NCBI RefSeq assembly: GCF_009689005.1
Contig: NZ_AP021879.1
Coordinates: 4,548,652-4,580,651 of the forward strand
DNA: 32,000 nt
From: Desulfosarcina ovata subsp. ovata
GTDB taxonomy: Bacteria > Desulfobacterota > Desulfobacteria > Desulfobacterales > Desulfosarcinaceae
Direction of reading: 5' to 3'
The notes beneath the pieces were generated by a model. The model worked only from the letters and a program-made list of their open reading frames with translations. It had not been told where the DNA came from and searched no databases. Positions 11,773 to 19,972 of the stretch are shown here, one piece after another. The position numbers were made by a program, and so were the translations under genes. Position 1 is the first letter of the stretch. The number at the start of each line of letters is the position of its first letter.

Positions 11773-12150
11773 CATTTCAGAAGCATATCCGCGGCATCGC
11801 AGAAATCCAGCTCCTGCATTTTTAAAATCCGCGCTTCCGTATTGAGCACACCGCCGGGAATGACTTCCACCCCCAGTTTCTCGGCAGCATAATGAGCCGC
11901 CCAGAAGGCCACGAACATGTTGTAACCAAAGGGAAGCAGCATTCCGGTCGGTGATAGTTGTTTTTACCCGGCCCCTGAACCTCGCGCATCATGGACTTCT
12001 CGATCTTGGGAACCTTGCGAATATTTGCGAATGAATTTGGGAAGGCATTTCCCATATCCGAGAGAGGCATGGCCCGACATATGCTGCCGGATAAGGGACA
12101 TCTTGAGCGGCCAAATGTCGCTGTTTGAACTTCCCGCGGAAGTTGAAAAG
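11772..12150 (-). pseudogene. remnant of a PaaK / coenzyme F390 synthetase-like adenylate-forming ligase (fragmented)
   Basis: A short minus-strand ORF at 11772-11942 reads MLLPFGYNMFVAFWAAHYAAEKLGVEVIPGGVLNTEARILKMQELDF. This resembles the PaaK block GYGLFTGGLGxHYGAExLGxxVIPxSGGxTExQ. Upstream sequence gives only broken frames, so no intact gene is present. Confidence 0.35.
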
Positions 12151-12200
12151 ACTGCGCAGTGCTATGCCGGGAAGATTTTCGGAGAAGACAAGTCGCTGAT

Positions 12201-12304
12201 ATAGCATTCAAGATAATGTTTTTGGGCTGCGTTATCGGTCGTCGCAGTATGACAATACGGCTTCCTCCCTCTGGCCTTGCCAAAAACATTATCTTAAATG
12301 CTAT
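12201..12304. repeat. 25-bp inverted repeat (24/25 match) around a 54-bp spacer
   Basis: ATAGCATTCAAGATAATGTTTTTGG (12201-12225) pairs with the reverse complement of CCAAAAACATTATCTTAAATGCTAT (12280-12304). It is also visible as KNIILNAI in ORFs on both strands. Confidence 0.8.
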
Positions 12305-12305
12305 A

Positions 12306-12430
12306 GTAATGGATGTCGGAATCGCGACGAAAGAAAACGTGCAATGGCTGAGAGAAAAAAGGATTCAGATACCTCGTGGTCAGCAGAAAGTACCGCAGGG
12401 AATCTCCGGGCGAAATTAAAAACGTTCGAG
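12306..12430 (+). pseudogene. DDE transposase fragment (IS4/IS1634-like), frameshifted
   Basis: VMDVGIATKENVQWLREK in one frame continues as GFRYLVVSRKYRRE in the next frame. This resembles the first catalytic-Asp region of IS4-superfamily transposases. No full-length transposase ORF is present. Confidence 0.45.
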
Positions 12431-12517
12431 GCTATAGAATGATAGTCCAAAAAGCTATGTTATCATTGATCTTTCAATTTTGCAGTGACAAAGATGGGTT
12501 AAAAATAAAATCGAATT

Positions 12518-13159
12518 TTATTTCATGGCAATCAGTTTTTCTTCAGGTCTTTTTTCATCTTTACCGGTTACAGATTTGTTCATCAATTTATCCAGTTGTG
12601 AATTATCCCAGCGTTGAAACAGGTCATGTTCTATACCCATGTAATCCAGGACCTTTCCCACGGACTGATTAATAATATCATCAAGGCTTTTGGGATGATG
12701 ATAAAACGCCGGCACTGGCGGGATTATATGCGCCCCCATGTCTGCGGCTTGGATTAACAGCCGTAAATGTCCTTTATGCAAAGGGGTTTCCCTGAACAGC
12801 AGTGCCACATTACGTTTTTCTTTGAGTTGGACATCTGCGGCTCGGATCAGGAGATTCTCATTATAAGAATTGGCAATTCCAGACAGGGTTTTAACCGTAC
12901 AGGGCGCAACCACCATGCCCATGGTCAAAAATGAACCGCTGGCAACAGATGCGGTAATATCTTTATTGCTATAGGTGACATCCGCCATGGCAAGGACGTC
13001 ATCCACATCATAATCAGTCTCTATCCGGATATTGAGCTTTCCGGGCTCTGAAATAATCAGATGGGTTTCAATGCCTATATTTTTCAAAACTTCAAGCATT
13101 CTGACGCCATAAATGACGCCACTTGCCCCGGCTATCCCTACGATTAATCGCTTTGCCAT
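12518..13159 (-). CDS. ubiX: UbiX-family flavin prenyltransferase (prFMN synthase)
   Basis: 213 aa. MAKRLIVGIAGASGVIYGVRMLEVL...APCTVKTLSGIANSY.ENLLIRAADV.LKE.R is the characteristic UbiX/Pad1 flavoprotein signature. An AAAGGGG RBS precedes the start. Confidence 0.9.
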   Translation of the reverse strand: MAKRLIVGIAGASGVIYGVRMLEVLKNIGIETHLIISEPGKLNIRIETDYDVDDVLAMADVTYSNKDITASVASGSFLTMGMVVAPCTVKTLSGIANSYNENLLIRAADVQLKEKRNVALLFRETPLHKGHLRLLIQAADMGAHIIPPVPAFYHHPKSLDDIINQSVGKVLDYMGIEHDLFQRWDNSQLDKLMNKSVTGKDEKRPEEKLIAMK

Positions 13160-13244
13160 ATCCGACCCCTTTGGATTCCGCGGTTAACACTATTTTTTTA
13201 GGTGATATCTTTGGTTCCAACGATACACTTCAAGCCCAAAAGAA

Positions 13245-13276
13245 CCCTTCCCCCACGTTCAGTTGTGAAGGAAGGG
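13245..13276 (-). terminator. weak hairpin between the ubiD-like gene and ubiX (possible attenuator)
   Basis: CCCTTCC-N18-GGAAGGG. On the minus-strand transcript it is followed by TTCTTTT. The stem is only 7 bp. Confidence 0.25.
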
Positions 13277-13311
13277 GTAATCCATTTCAAAACAACTGAT
13301 ATGCCGTTTTT

Positions 13312-14820
13312 TTATGACATTTCGCTGTTTTCAAGAAAACGCGTGATATCAACTTCCATGAACTCCGCTCTTTTGAAGCGGTCCTTCAGATCATAGCGGA
13401 CGGTACAGTCAAATATGGTCTTGCACGATGTGCCCGGGGTGATAATGGATGGACTTATATCCGGTCTCTGTGACGGATCCAGAGGATGACACCGTACGCC
13501 GGGGATGGAAATGGTATCCACATCACTCTGATACCGTGTCATCATGGCCCATAGAACGTCTTTGCTGTCAAAAATATCCACATCTTCATCCACCAGAATC
13601 ACGGTCTTCAACTCCGGGAAAGCGGAAAAAGCACAAATTGCCGCCTGACGTTCACGTCCCTGGTCTACAGGGACTATTTTACGGAACTGAATTACGGCCA
13701 AAAGCTTGCCGCCGCCGGCCGGATGACAGTAAACATTCAAGACACGGCCAGGCATAGCTTTTTCAACCACGGTTAAAATACTCGCCTCGGTGGGAATACC
13801 TGCCAGGTTCACATGTTCTTCGCTGGGCCCGATAGTGGTTTGAGTAATGGGATGAATGCGATGGGTAACAGCCTTGATTTTGAATACTGGCAGGGATGGA
13901 TTGGCCGGCCCGTTGTAACCAGGGAATTCAGGCATGGCACGCCCTGTTTTGGTGTTCATATCCTCAACAACACGACGGTCCGGCAACAGCTCTCCTTCAA
14001 TAACAATCTCGGCATTGGCAATGGCTTTGGCATTAACCGTGAGGCACTCCACCATTTCCACCGGACGGTTACGCAGGGAACCTGCAATATCCAGCTCATT
14101 GTAGCCAATGGGTGTGGCCGGGGGCTCAAAGCAGGCGGCAATGTAAACGGCCGGGTCCAGGCCGATGCTTACTGAAATGGGAAGTGATTTTCCCTGTGCT
14201 TCGGCCTTTTCACGGAAAGCACCAATATGCCTTCCCGGCACGAAATACATGGAAATCTCATCTTTTGACTGCAGGCACTGGCGATGAATGGTTACATCTT
14301 CTTCACCGGTTTCCGGATCTGAACCATAAACCAGCCCCATAGTAATAAATGGGCCTGCATCCTCCGGGGTGTTGGTTGGCGCTGGAATCAGTTTGCGGAT
14401 ATCAAAACCGGGATCCGTGGCCCGGTGAACAACTTCCTGGCAAACCGCCTTTTCCTTGGAGATCATCACAGGAGGCAGGGGATTTTTCAACGCTTCATTC
14501 ATTTTATGACCCAGATAACGCGGATCCGTTCCCAACAAAAGTCCGACACGTTCACGACTGCCCACCACGCCAATGGCCACCCGCGCGTCGTCATACCCCT
14601 TAATGTTATTGAAAAGCATCATGGGACCCGTCTGGGTCGGGCGGCTGACAGTTCCTCCAGCTCCAATTTTTTTATAAACGCCTGCCAGTTCAGCATGGGG
14701 GTCCACTTCTTCATTTGTTTGCATCAGCTGGCCGGGCTGGGTTGAAAGAAAAGATAATGCAGAACGAAGGTCAATAATATCGGATCCCGATACACCGCTG
14801 TTGGATTCTTCTTTTTTCAT
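13312..14820 (-). CDS. UbiD-family prFMN-dependent (de)carboxylase
   Basis: Start set at the ATG at 14820 (MKKEESN...), preceded by AAGGA; the track start 14853 is TTG. UbiD-type blocks include PEDAGPFITMGLV, IHRQ, LPISVSIGLDPA, IVIEGEL, and LVDEDVDIFDSKDVLWAMMTR near the C-terminus. Confidence 0.9.
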   Translation of the reverse strand: MKKEESNSGVSGSDIIDLRSALSFLSTQPGQLMQTNEEVDPHAELAGVYKKIGAGGTVSRPTQTGPMMLFNNIKGYDDARVAIGVVGSRERVGLLLGTDPRYLGHKMNEALKNPLPPVMISKEKAVCQEVVHRATDPGFDIRKLIPAPTNTPEDAGPFITMGLVYGSDPETGEEDVTIHRQCLQSKDEISMYFVPGRHIGAFREKAEAQGKSLPISVSIGLDPAVYIAACFEPPATPIGYNELDIAGSLRNRPVEMVECLTVNAKAIANAEIVIEGELLPDRRVVEDMNTKTGRAMPEFPGYNGPANPSLPVFKIKAVTHRIHPITQTTIGPSEEHVNLAGIPTEASILTVVEKAMPGRVLNVYCHPAGGGKLLAVIQFRKIVPVDQGRERQAAICAFSAFPELKTVILVDEDVDIFDSKDVLWAMMTRYQSDVDTISIPGVRCHPLDPSQRPDISPSIITPGTSCKTIFDCTVRYDLKDRFKRAEFMEVDITRFLENSEMS

Positions 14821-14855
14821 GTTTTTTCCTTTATGATGATAATGAGTTGTCAAGA

Positions 14856-16523
14856 TTATGCCATCTGGGCTTCAGTCTTGAGTTTGTTCTCAATATCTTC
14901 ACGCAGAGTCCGCTTATCCAGTTTCTGTGCGCCGGTATACGGCATCTCATCAATGAATTCTATACGCTCGGGAAGTTGGAGTACAGACGCATCCTGGGCC
15001 TTTAAGAAAGCAATAACATTATCAAAGTCCAGTTGACTTCCTTCGGTCGGCTGAATATAGGCACACGCCTTTTCTCCCATATCCTCGTCCGGCATGGGAA
15101 TCACCGCCACCATGGCAACTTCCGGATGAAGCGTGATCAATTTTTCAATTTCTGTAGAACTGATGCTTTCTCCTCCCCGGTTGATCATCTCTTTGATACG
15201 GCCGGTCAAAGTGATGTAGCCGTTTTCATCGATCCTGGCCAGATCGCCGGTTTTGAAAAATCCATCTTCATTCAATGCTGTCTTGTTTTCTTCCGGATTT
15301 TCATAATACCCGGTAAAGACCCCGGGGCCTTTGAGAACCAGCTCGCCCTGTTTGCCGGTTTCCACTTCTTTTCCGAAAGGATCAATCACCTTGTAGGTAT
15401 CATAGGGACAGGTAGGTCGCCCCACGGTCCCGCAGATGGTTTCAAGGTCATTATTGATTCGAGTGATGGTGGTCGGTCCCTCTGTTCCGCCATATCCATT
15501 GAAAAATTTGCAGTTCAATTTGTCTATGACGTCTTTTACCATACCCGGATGGCTGGCACCGCCGGCACTGTGCATCTTCTGCAGGGAAGTCAAATCATAT
15601 TGATTGATATCTTCGTATTGCAGCAGTCTTTGGGCCAGGGTCGGTACCCATATAATTGAAGTGATTTTCTCCTGTTGAATGGTTTCACAAATGCTTTTAT
15701 TATCCGGAGAGTCCAGCAGAACTACCTTGCCCATGGTGATGATAGAGCCCATGAAGCCTTTGCTGAAGGACAAATCATGACCAATAGGACCGGCGATGAG
15801 GTTGATATCCAGATTGCTTTGTTCCCATGATCTTGAACAATAGGTAATGCCGGTCACCAGACTGTTATGACTGCGGGGAACAACTTTAGGTGCTCCTGTG
15901 GTTCCGCCGGTGGGGCCCATGTGTGCAATCTGCATGGGATCCGGACGTCGTTGTACAAGACGATCCAGGTTCTCTTGGGTCATGTCAGCCTTTGCCATTA
16001 AGCCTTCAAGACTTTCAAATTTTTCTCCGGCCCGTTCGCCCCGGACTGTAATCACTTTTTTAATTCCGGGATTTTCTTTCAGAACGTCATCCATAATAGG
16101 CGTGTAGTCAGTTTTTTTGTGCTTGACAGGAACAACCCAATAGGTGGCACCGGTTATGTTCGTCAAATGATTGATCTCATACTGGCGATACCGGTCGATC
16201 AACAGAACCGTGATGGCACCGATTTTTTGAAGGGCAAAATAAGCGAAAACAAACTCGTTCCAGTTGGGTAACTGCACCATAACTCTATCTTTGGGCTGAA
16301 TGCCCAAATCCATCATACCGATGGCCAACTGATTTACTTTTTCTCTAGCTTCACCATAGGTTAACCGGGTGACACGATCTACAAAAGCCTCTTTGTCCGG
16401 ATGAACATCCGCGGCACGATCAAGAAGATCGCCAAACGTCAATCCCTCCCACCATTTTAACTCGTTGTACTTTTTAACATCTTCTTCTTTGTAAGGCACG
16501 CACCCTGATAATAAATCAACCAT
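14856..16523 (-). CDS. aryl-carboxylate CoA/AMP ligase (EntE/DhbE-like adenylate-forming enzyme)
   Basis: Contains LTYGEAREKVNQLA, VMVQLPNWNEFVFAYFALQKIGA (compare EntE VQLPN..EF), GPTGGTTGAPKVVPRSH (the A3 motif), GYGGTEG, TGDLARIDENGYITLTGRIKEMINRGGE. The preferred start is the ATG at 16523 after GAGAGGAA; the ATG at 16550 is an alternative. Confidence 0.85.
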   Translation of the reverse strand: MVDLLSGCVPYKEEDVKKYNELKWWEGLTFGDLLDRAADVHPDKEAFVDRVTRLTYGEAREKVNQLAIGMMDLGIQPKDRVMVQLPNWNEFVFAYFALQKIGAITVLLIDRYRQYEINHLTNITGATYWVVPVKHKKTDYTPIMDDVLKENPGIKKVITVRGERAGEKFESLEGLMAKADMTQENLDRLVQRRPDPMQIAHMGPTGGTTGAPKVVPRSHNSLVTGITYCSRSWEQSNLDINLIAGPIGHDLSFSKGFMGSIITMGKVVLLDSPDNKSICETIQQEKITSIIWVPTLAQRLLQYEDINQYDLTSLQKMHSAGGASHPGMVKDVIDKLNCKFFNGYGGTEGPTTITRINNDLETICGTVGRPTCPYDTYKVIDPFGKEVETGKQGELVLKGPGVFTGYYENPEENKTALNEDGFFKTGDLARIDENGYITLTGRIKEMINRGGESISSTEIEKLITLHPEVAMVAVIPMPDEDMGEKACAYIQPTEGSQLDFDNVIAFLKAQDASVLQLPERIEFIDEMPYTGAQKLDKRTLREDIENKLKTEAQMA

Positions 16524-16633
16524 GTCTTGTTCCTCTCTTCTTCGACTCATTGAGTCAAGTTAGGGTAAGAGCAATCTGGTCCTGAGGACCGGATCTTCGG
16601 CTTGCCATCCCCAAGGCAGGGATGAAGCACTAT

Positions 16634-16686
16634 CCAAGGAATGAATTAGATAGTTTTTTTTAATTTATTCAAGGAATGAATCAGAT
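16634..16686. promoter_or_regulatory. two LysR-type boxes (ATyCA-AGGAA-TGAAT; T-N11-A) spaced 34 bp, in the ligase/lysR divergent promoter region
   Basis: TCCAAGGAATGAATTAGAT (16634-16652) and TTCAAGGAATGAATCAGAT (16668-16686). The second contains the perfect dyad ATTCA-N5-TGAAT. Confidence 0.4.
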
Positions 16687-16945
16687 TAATTCTTTTGAAG
16701 AATTATATGCAGGCAACAAACAAGTCAATTCATAGAATTTTATAATATAATAAGTAATTTTAAACTTGACTTTTTTATTTTATAAAAATAAATTTTCATA
16801 CAAGAAAAAATGAATAAAATTCAGATAGACCATAACTATTTAAAAAAATAGGTTTTTTTATTCAAAAAGGATGGCTGGCAGTACCATTGTGCCAAAATTT
16901 ACGGATAAATCTGAAATGCTTACCCTTTTTTAAAGGACAAGTATT

Positions 16946-17874
16946 ATGCATCCTCCTCAAATTAACCTCTACCAACTTATTAGCTTTTATACCGTGGCCA
17001 AAGAAGGTAGCTTCAGTGCAGCCTCAAAAAAACTTTGCGTGACCCAGCCTGCGGTGACCATGCAAATAAAATCGTTGGAAAAATTTTATGACCTGAAGTT
17101 GGTCAATGTAAAAAAAAAAAAGTTAGCTTGACAGAAACAGGACAGAAGCTGTTCCATTATGCTGAGCAATTCTACCTGTCGGCCATCAAGGCGGAAACCT
17201 TTCTTCAGGAGCAAAAAAACAATAATTTGAGTATTGGCATAGCAAGTCCCCTGACCCAACAGTTCATTGTTCTGATTAAAAAATTCAAGCAATACTACCC
17301 CCATGTAATGGTAACGCTCAGAGAAGGCACTGACCAAGAAATCATTGCAGATGTTCGTGATTTCAAACTGATGCTGGGGTTTATCGGCACGATTGAGCAG
17401 TCGGTTCGTGAACTCAATGTGATTCCTGTTGCACCTGAAAACAGATTGGTACTGGTTTCCTTCCCCCAGAATCCCTTGGCCTGCAAAGAAAAAGTAATCT
17501 GGAAGGACTTGGAAGGTTGTTCGCTGATTATTCATCGAGAAGGCATGACCGGGCGAAATATAATTCTTGATGCATTTAAAAAAAATAGAATTAAACCCGT
17601 TATAACCGCTGAAATTGAAAGCATCGAAGGCATGAAAAATCTGATCAAGCAGGACGCAGGAATTGGCCTGAAATTTTTCCCAAATGTCAAAGAAGAAATT
17701 TTGAATAAAACGCTTAAAATCATTCCATTAGAAAGCGATCAGCTGAAGATCGGGATAGATGCCGTTTTTCAGGCAAATATCAGTCTTTCCCTGCCTTCAA
17801 AAGCCTTTCTGGATATTGCCATCGAACATTTCAATAACATTTCCACCAAAGTGAGCGCTGGTTCAGTTAAATAG
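16946..17874 (+). pseudogene. LysR-family transcriptional regulator split by a frameshift in an A12 homopolymer (ORFs 16946-17131 and 17128-17874)
   Basis: The N-terminal ORF carries the LysR HTH (LYQLISFYTVAKEGSFSAASKKLCVTQPAVTMQIKSLE). The second ORF resumes with (L)TETGQKLFHYAE and carries the substrate-binding domain. A run of 10 or 13 A would give one continuous 309-310 aa LTTR. Confidence 0.8.
17110..17121 (+). repeat. A12 homopolymer at the LysR frameshift point
   Basis: Direct count of GT-AAAAAAAAAAAA-GTTAGC. Confidence 0.95.
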
Positions 17875-18014
17875 GTAATAATAGATAACCATTTTGGCTG
17901 GTGGGTAAGGTTTTCGACATGTTCCGCATTGAGAACCGCTGCTTTCGGCACTGGGAAAGCCACAAACTCAACCACGCCATTACCATGCTGCGGACGGAAG
18001 GGGCTTGATCAGGA

Positions 18015-19103
18015 ATGCCGATGCGCCATGACATGTTCGCCCCCCGAGCTGATCCGGTAGCAACAGGATCCACCGGCCAGCGAAAGTGGGAGCATCTCCG
18101 CATTTGTACGCAAAACGATGTCACGTTCGAAAAGAGCAGCGGTTTTGAGTGCTACGACCTCGAACACCAGGCCCTTCCCGAACGCTGCCTTGAGGAGATC
18201 GATACGTCAACCACATTTCTCGGTAAAAAATTCAACCTCCCGTTTTTCATCGAAGCGATGACCGGTGGCTGTCCGGGAACGGAAACGATCAATCAGAATC
18301 TCGCCCGGGCGGCGGAGGAGATGGGAATCGGAATGGGCGTCGGCTCACAGCGGGCCATGCTCGACGATCCATCACTTGCCTATACGTACCAGGTGAGAAG
18401 CGTGGCTCCGAACATCCTGCTGCTGGGCAATATCGGCGCTGCTCAGCTGGCCGGCCGGCATGGGAAGGCGATCGCCGGTCTGATTCGAGAAATCGATGCC
18501 GACGGGATTGCCGTTCACCTCAATGCCGCCCAGGAGTTATGCCAGCCCGAAGGGGACAAGGACTGGCGCAATATGATTGTTCACATCAAAGAGGTCTGCA
18601 CCGCCGTAAACGGTCCAATCATCGCCAAGGAGACGGGTTGCGGCATCGCCGGCGGAATCGCGGCGACACTGGAATCCCTCGGAATCGATGCATTGGATAT
18701 CGCCGGTGCCGGGGGGACTTCCTTTACCCGGGTTGAACATCACCGCGGCGCCAGCCTGGCCAAAGCCTTTTTCGAGTGGGGCATCCCGACGGCCGCGTCG
18801 TTAAAGCAGTGCCGGTGCGCGATACAAATTCCCATCATCGCCTCCGGGGGAATCCGGTCCGGCGTGGACGCTGCCAAAGCTCTCGCCATGGGCGCTTCGA
18901 TCGTAGGATTTGCTCTGCCCCTGCTGATACCGGCCATGCAATCCTATCAGGCCGTTATCGACAAACTGACGCAATTTGCAAGCGAGTTGAAAATGGCCAT
19001 GCTTCTGGCGGGGGCAGCGACGATTCAGGGGCTTTCCGCAACCCGGGTTGTCGAGCGGGCATGCTGTTATGGGCCGTTGATGCATCGGCCAACCGTTTCA
19101 TAA
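18015..19103 (+). CDS. fni: type 2 (FMN-dependent) isopentenyl-diphosphate delta-isomerase
   Basis: 362 aa. Contains QRKWEHLRI, FFIEAMTGG, MGVGSQRA, HLNAAQE, IAKETGCGI, DIAGAGGTSF and IASGGIRSG, the typical IDI-2 TIM-barrel signature. The exact start is uncertain, with ATG codons at 18015, 18021 and 18033. Confidence 0.9.
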   Translation: MPMRHDMFAPRADPVATGSTGQRKWEHLRICTQNDVTFEKSSGFECYDLEHQALPERCLEEIDTSTTFLGKKFNLPFFIEAMTGGCPGTETINQNLARAAEEMGIGMGVGSQRAMLDDPSLAYTYQVRSVAPNILLLGNIGAAQLAGRHGKAIAGLIREIDADGIAVHLNAAQELCQPEGDKDWRNMIVHIKEVCTAVNGPIIAKETGCGIAGGIAATLESLGIDALDIAGAGGTSFTRVEHHRGASLAKAFFEWGIPTAASLKQCRCAIQIPIIASGGIRSGVDAAKALAMGASIVGFALPLLIPAMQSYQAVIDKLTQFASELKMAMLLAGAATIQGLSATRVVERACCYGPLMHRPTVS

Positions 19104-19149
19104 CATCACCATACGGAATCCATAAAATTTGTTGTTTTGGCAATGATGG

Positions 19150-19176
19150 CAGGATGCAACACTTCGTTGCATCCTG
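19150..19176 (+). terminator. perfect 11-bp hairpin after fni (terminator or attenuator; no U-tract)
   Basis: CAGGATGCAAC-acttc-GTTGCATCCTG. Confidence 0.35.
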
Positions 19177-19234
19177 ATCGCTTTAAACGGCCCTCTTTTT
19201 GACAGCCACATCAACCCCAATACGGTACAGCGTT

Positions 19235-19972
19235 ATGCTGCTTGACCCAAAAACGATTGCCTGCATGATATTTGATCTGGACGGAACCCTGATCGACTCC
19301 ATCCCGCCTTATTTCCGCCTGCTGGAAGGCATTTTTGACACCCTGGGTTTGCCGCAACCCGCGCTTGCCTTGAAAAAGGAGTTTATTACTACCGGGCCGG
19401 CGGTGTTTGAAAAAATGATTCCTCCGGAAATGGTTGCTGACCGGGACGCGATGATCCGCCAGTGCCTGGACGTGGGGCGGCGGATATCCCGCGATATGTT
19501 CCGTGACACGGTCGATGGGTTTCCTGATGTCAAGCGTTTGTTTGATCTGCTGGTTCGTCATGACATCCGCATCGGAATTGTCACCACGACCGAAAGAGAG
19601 TTTATCGAAAGAAAACTCCTGCCCTTGAAAAGAATCGGTGTTGCCGCGGCCGTCGATGCCATTGTTGCCATTGAAGATGCGCCCCGGCGCAAGCCGGCCC
19701 CGGATCCCTTGCTCGTTTGTGCGCGGCAGCTTTCCGTCAACCCCGAGCATTGTGTCTATGTCGGCGATTCTTATGTGGACATCCGCGCCGGCTGCAGCGC
19801 GGGGATGAAAACCATCGCCGTTCTCAGTGGCCTGGATGATTTCGATACGCTTGACAGAGAAAGGCCGACAGTAATCGTTCAGAACATCGCCGCCATATGG
19901 CGCACTTTGGATGAGTATTTCTCTTGTCCGAATAACCATGAGAAAAGCGGGGAATACCTCTACCATGCATAA
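19235..19972 (+). CDS. HAD-superfamily phosphatase (phosphoglycolate phosphatase-like subfamily)
   Basis: Motif I is MIFDLDGTLIDS, motif II IVTTT, and motif III/IV K(P)APDP...YVGDSYVDIRAG. The ATG at 19235 is preferred over the TTG at 19199. Confidence 0.8.
   Translation: MLLDPKTIACMIFDLDGTLIDSIPPYFRLLEGIFDTLGLPQPALALKKEFITTGPAVFEKMIPPEMVADRDAMIRQCLDVGRRISRDMFRDTVDGFPDVKRLFDLLVRHDIRIGIVTTTEREFIERKLLPLKRIGVAAAVDAIVAIEDAPRRKPAPDPLLVCARQLSVNPEHCVYVGDSYVDIRAGCSAGMKTIAVLSGLDDFDTLDRERPTVIVQNIAAIWRTLDEYFSCPNNHEKSGEYLYHA

Noticed and set aside
12376-12672. 98-aa plus-strand ORF
   Set aside because: Its first codons are the out-of-frame continuation of the transposase fragment. The rest is antisense to the ubiX 3' end. 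It is not a credible gene.
16876-16892. Sigma-54-like TGGCAGtaccaTTGTG upstream of lysR
   Set aside because: The invariant -12 GC is replaced by GT. The reverse-strand reading (TGGCAC...) has the wrong spacing to any GC.
17878-17897. Possible third copy of the 12201-12225 repeat arm at the right edge of the AT-rich island (ATAATAGATAACCATTTTGG)
   Set aside because: Identity is only 14/20 in an AT-rich context, and the orientation is the same as the left arm rather than inverted. This is too weak to define island termini without statistics.
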